This document shows, piece by piece, positions 47,654-50,377 of a stretch of 50,377 bases of DNA. Source of the DNA: Atractiella rhizophila (taxonomy: Eukaryota); contig MU271270.1 in the NCBI GenBank assembly GCA_021432655.1, forward strand, positions 62,001 through 112,377, written 5' to 3'. A program made the position numbers and the translations under genes. The first letter of the stretch is position 1. Each line of letters opens with the position of its first letter. The notes under the pieces were generated by a model, which ran no database searches, was not told the DNA's origin, and saw only the letters and a program-made list of their open reading frames with translations.

Positions 47654-48975
47654 ATGGACGGATGTTATGTATTTGACTGCCTCGTTGAAAATTGTACAAA
47701 AATGTCTGATTATTCTCAAAACTGAGAATGACTTCGTTTATGAAATTCTGAGATGGTGGTATCATTTAAAATGCGCTCAGTAAATGGTTATGTGAATCTG
47801 TTTTATGACTGACGGTGAGAAAAATAGTGAATGGACAGCAAAATATGTGAACATGGAAGTTGTGTAGGTTATATTTTTTAAAGATGGTTTCTTTCAGTGT
47901 TGATTGACGACACTTCAGAACCGAGACCGCTCCACACATTCCAATAGCTTTCGTTTACCTTGATCAACCCATCGAGTCTGCCAACGATGTATACTACTTT
48001 GGAGGGGATTGTATTAGATTGCCCAACTGCGCTTGTGAATTCGTCATTATTCTCGATCACCTCTCGCAAATTCACACGGAGTTCTTCTGCTGGCCAACAC
48101 AAAGACCCTGATTCTGGAAGTAAGGAGAAGGTCCACATTCGATACGTCGCTACCATGCGTCAAGATGTCTTGACCCTACAGACGTCAGGAAGATCCCCTA
48201 TGCCGAAAGTTCGATTGGTAGCACGACGAGCTTGTTGCATCGACCAATCCTGGCGATTCTTCGGGTTGGAGATGATACAATAAACGGCGGCCTCCGCAAA
48301 CTTGAGCGCAACAATCAAAAGGGATATGTCGCAACCGACGGTTACACAAGATTTCCGAAATAAAGATCTTTCTCGGGTTCCTCACTCCTAAATAAAAGGG
48401 GGACGAATCTCCCCTCACGTTCCCATCATACCAGTTGCGCACAAGAGATAATTGCCTCTCAGTTCAAATCCATCAAAGGATTAACTGTAGACATTAGTTC
48501 TTCATGATAACCTAAGCTTTCAAAGCTGGAGAAGATGGCTGATATTTTTATGTTCTGAAAGTGCCCTGTTAATTCATGGCATGAGTGGTACTTTGTGACC
48601 TCCTTTCATTCTCTAGCTAGAGTCTCTGCCTCTCATCTGAGCGTAATCTATTCGAGCACCAATGCTTGGGTTATTAGCAGGGTTATTAGATGTCCAGATT
48701 TTGTCTATGACAAACAATGGTCGCGACCAGCATGAACATGAACCATGGACACGGAGATGATCATGTGACAGTATCTACTTTTGTAGCCGCCGGATGCCAA
48801 GGAATGCCGGTTGAGAAAGGAGGCTCAAATTAGCAGAGGACGACCAGCGTCTTTCATTTTCATTCGCCCATTCCAGCGAACACCCACGCTCTTTCCCCTC
48901 CCCCTCCTTCACAGCACTCTCCTTACTACCCACGCCCTCAGACCACCCGTCCCAGCTCAAAACTCGCGTTGCAAA

Positions 48976-50170
48976 ATGATCCCCGCCGTCCTTCTCGCCC
49001 TGTTACCCCTCGCACGCGGGAAGGATCATATTCAGAGGTCGAATAAACACCATGCGAGGAACTTGGAGGGCTCTATGGAGCTGTCGGGCGATCTAATCGA
49101 GGCTAGATTGAACTCCTGGGGTAATTCGACTGATGGACTCCAGAAGCGGGGTGATTCAGGACGGTGCGCTTCTTTCCCAGCTGCTTTCCTTTAAAAAAGG
49201 GTTCAAACTCGTCCGGTGCAAAGTGCTACCTTCTACGATGTCGGCTTAGGTGCTTGTGGAGAGTACAATTCTGATTCAGACTTTGTTGGTCAGTCTCCAA
49301 CTGTCGTGATTTGTGGGCAGTGCGACTGACGTCGAATTTTCAGTCGCCTTGAACCAAGGGCAATATGGAAGCTCTAACTCGGTTTCCAAGTACTGCTTCA
49401 AGTATATCAACATCCAGTACGGCGGCAAGTCTGCCAAAGCTCAAATTGTCGACTGCTGTCCAGGTTGGCTTCCAGCTCCTTTTCTCTTCCGCAGGCTGAT
49501 GTTTGTGATTCAGGATGCCCATGGGGCGCTTTGGGTGTGTTTTGACCCTCGCAAAAAGACGTGCTGATCTAAACCTGTTACGCAGACATGTCCCCTGCAC
49601 TTTTCAAGCACTTCGCCAACCCAGACATGGTCCGTTTTCCCGACTCCGCCCCACCTTTCCCGAGCTTACCCGTTAATTAACTTTCTTCCATCTTCAAGGG
49701 TGTCTTTTACATGACCTGGGGCTTGGTCGGAGACGACAGCGGGGGCGATGGAGGCGACGATTCGCAGACAACTTCCAAAAAAACGAGCCAGTGGACACCC
49801 ACAACGTCCTCACAATGGAAGCCGGATCCTACCACAACTTCCCAGTGGGTTGCGACCACCACGAGCAGCAGCTCCGTGTCTTCTAGCTATTCTAACTATA
49901 CCAACGCTACCAGCACCTTTTCTGGAAACTCGACCGCCTCAGCTACTACCTCCCTCAATACCACAGCTACCGGATTGCCAAATCTTCCCGCTGAAGATTT
50001 CGATTATGAAGGTGGAGTCTTGTTTGCCGTCAATCAGGTCGCTCTTGGATTCGTACGTTTTCTACTTCCCTCCGTTCACTCCCGAGTAGGGACGATGTTG
50101 ATGTGGGTGATAGACCGGATTGTCGGGTGCCATTCTCAATGAGAGAGCGGCCGCGATAACGGAACAATAA
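48976..50170 (+). CDS. Secreted DPBB (RlpA-like / expansin / loosenin-like) protein with Ser/Thr-rich tail
   Basis: Signal-like MIPAVLLALLPLARG; KR before the domain; ATFYDVGLGACG..VALN..YCFKYINIQYGGKSAKAQIVDCCPG|CPWGALDMSPALFKHFA..GVFYMTW. Confidence 0.9.
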
Positions 50171-50377
50171 TTACCTGACTTCATCTAGACCACTCAGGAG
50201 CACCTTTGCGCCTTAGGATTCGCTGTGCTAGCGAATCGACTGATTGTTTACTCTTCTACTTGTTTGTGTGTTTAAACTTTCTTTCTTCTCTTTTCTCCTC
50301 CCTCAGTCAGTAGGTAATCAGGATTCTTTGATTGTTTCCCATCAGTCCCTTGCTCCCTTCACAGACTGGACCTGTTC

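Noticed and set aside
1..50377. Functional gene cluster, transposon, tRNA/rRNA or CRISPR
   Set aside because: The genes are unrelated housekeeping functions; no TIR/LTR, transposase/RT catalytic motif, cloverleaf or repeat-spacer array was seen by eye. tRNAscan-SE and Rfam would be needed to exclude small RNAs.

Overview
Gene-dense fungal (basidiomycete-like) nuclear DNA with many short (~45-65 nt) spliceosomal introns, so the ORF track shows only exon fragments. About 21 protein-coding genes can be reconstructed by hand. They include NDUFAF7/MidA, two TXNDC17-like thioredoxin paralogs, NRDE2, a MARVEL-like membrane protein, DUS2, a GPR1/FUN34/YaaH acetate transporter, UBA3, EPT1/CPT1, GOS1, a head-to-head pair of DUF7918-like paralogs, a MARCH5-like RING-CH ligase, a CAB4-like PPAT, a cytochrome-b5/MAPR protein, TSR1, mitochondrial IleRS, a Zap1/ZafA-like C2H2 factor and a DPBB expansin-like protein. 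Most notable: (i) a hidden three-exon, 73-aa stand-alone BED-type zinc-finger microprotein gene (5836-6160, minus) absent from the ORF track; (ii) three near-identical tandem duplications (NRDE2, UBA3, GOS1 regions), each joined through a single A, most likely haplotype overlaps stitched in tandem by the assembler; (iii) a thioredoxin paralog pair, one with a GC-AG intron in its WCPFC motif and one with a 1-nt frameshift; (iv) a 389-nt DUS2 intron that may host an ncRNA. No rRNA, tRNA, CRISPR or intact transposon was recognised. All family calls come from motif recognition by eye; no database search was run.
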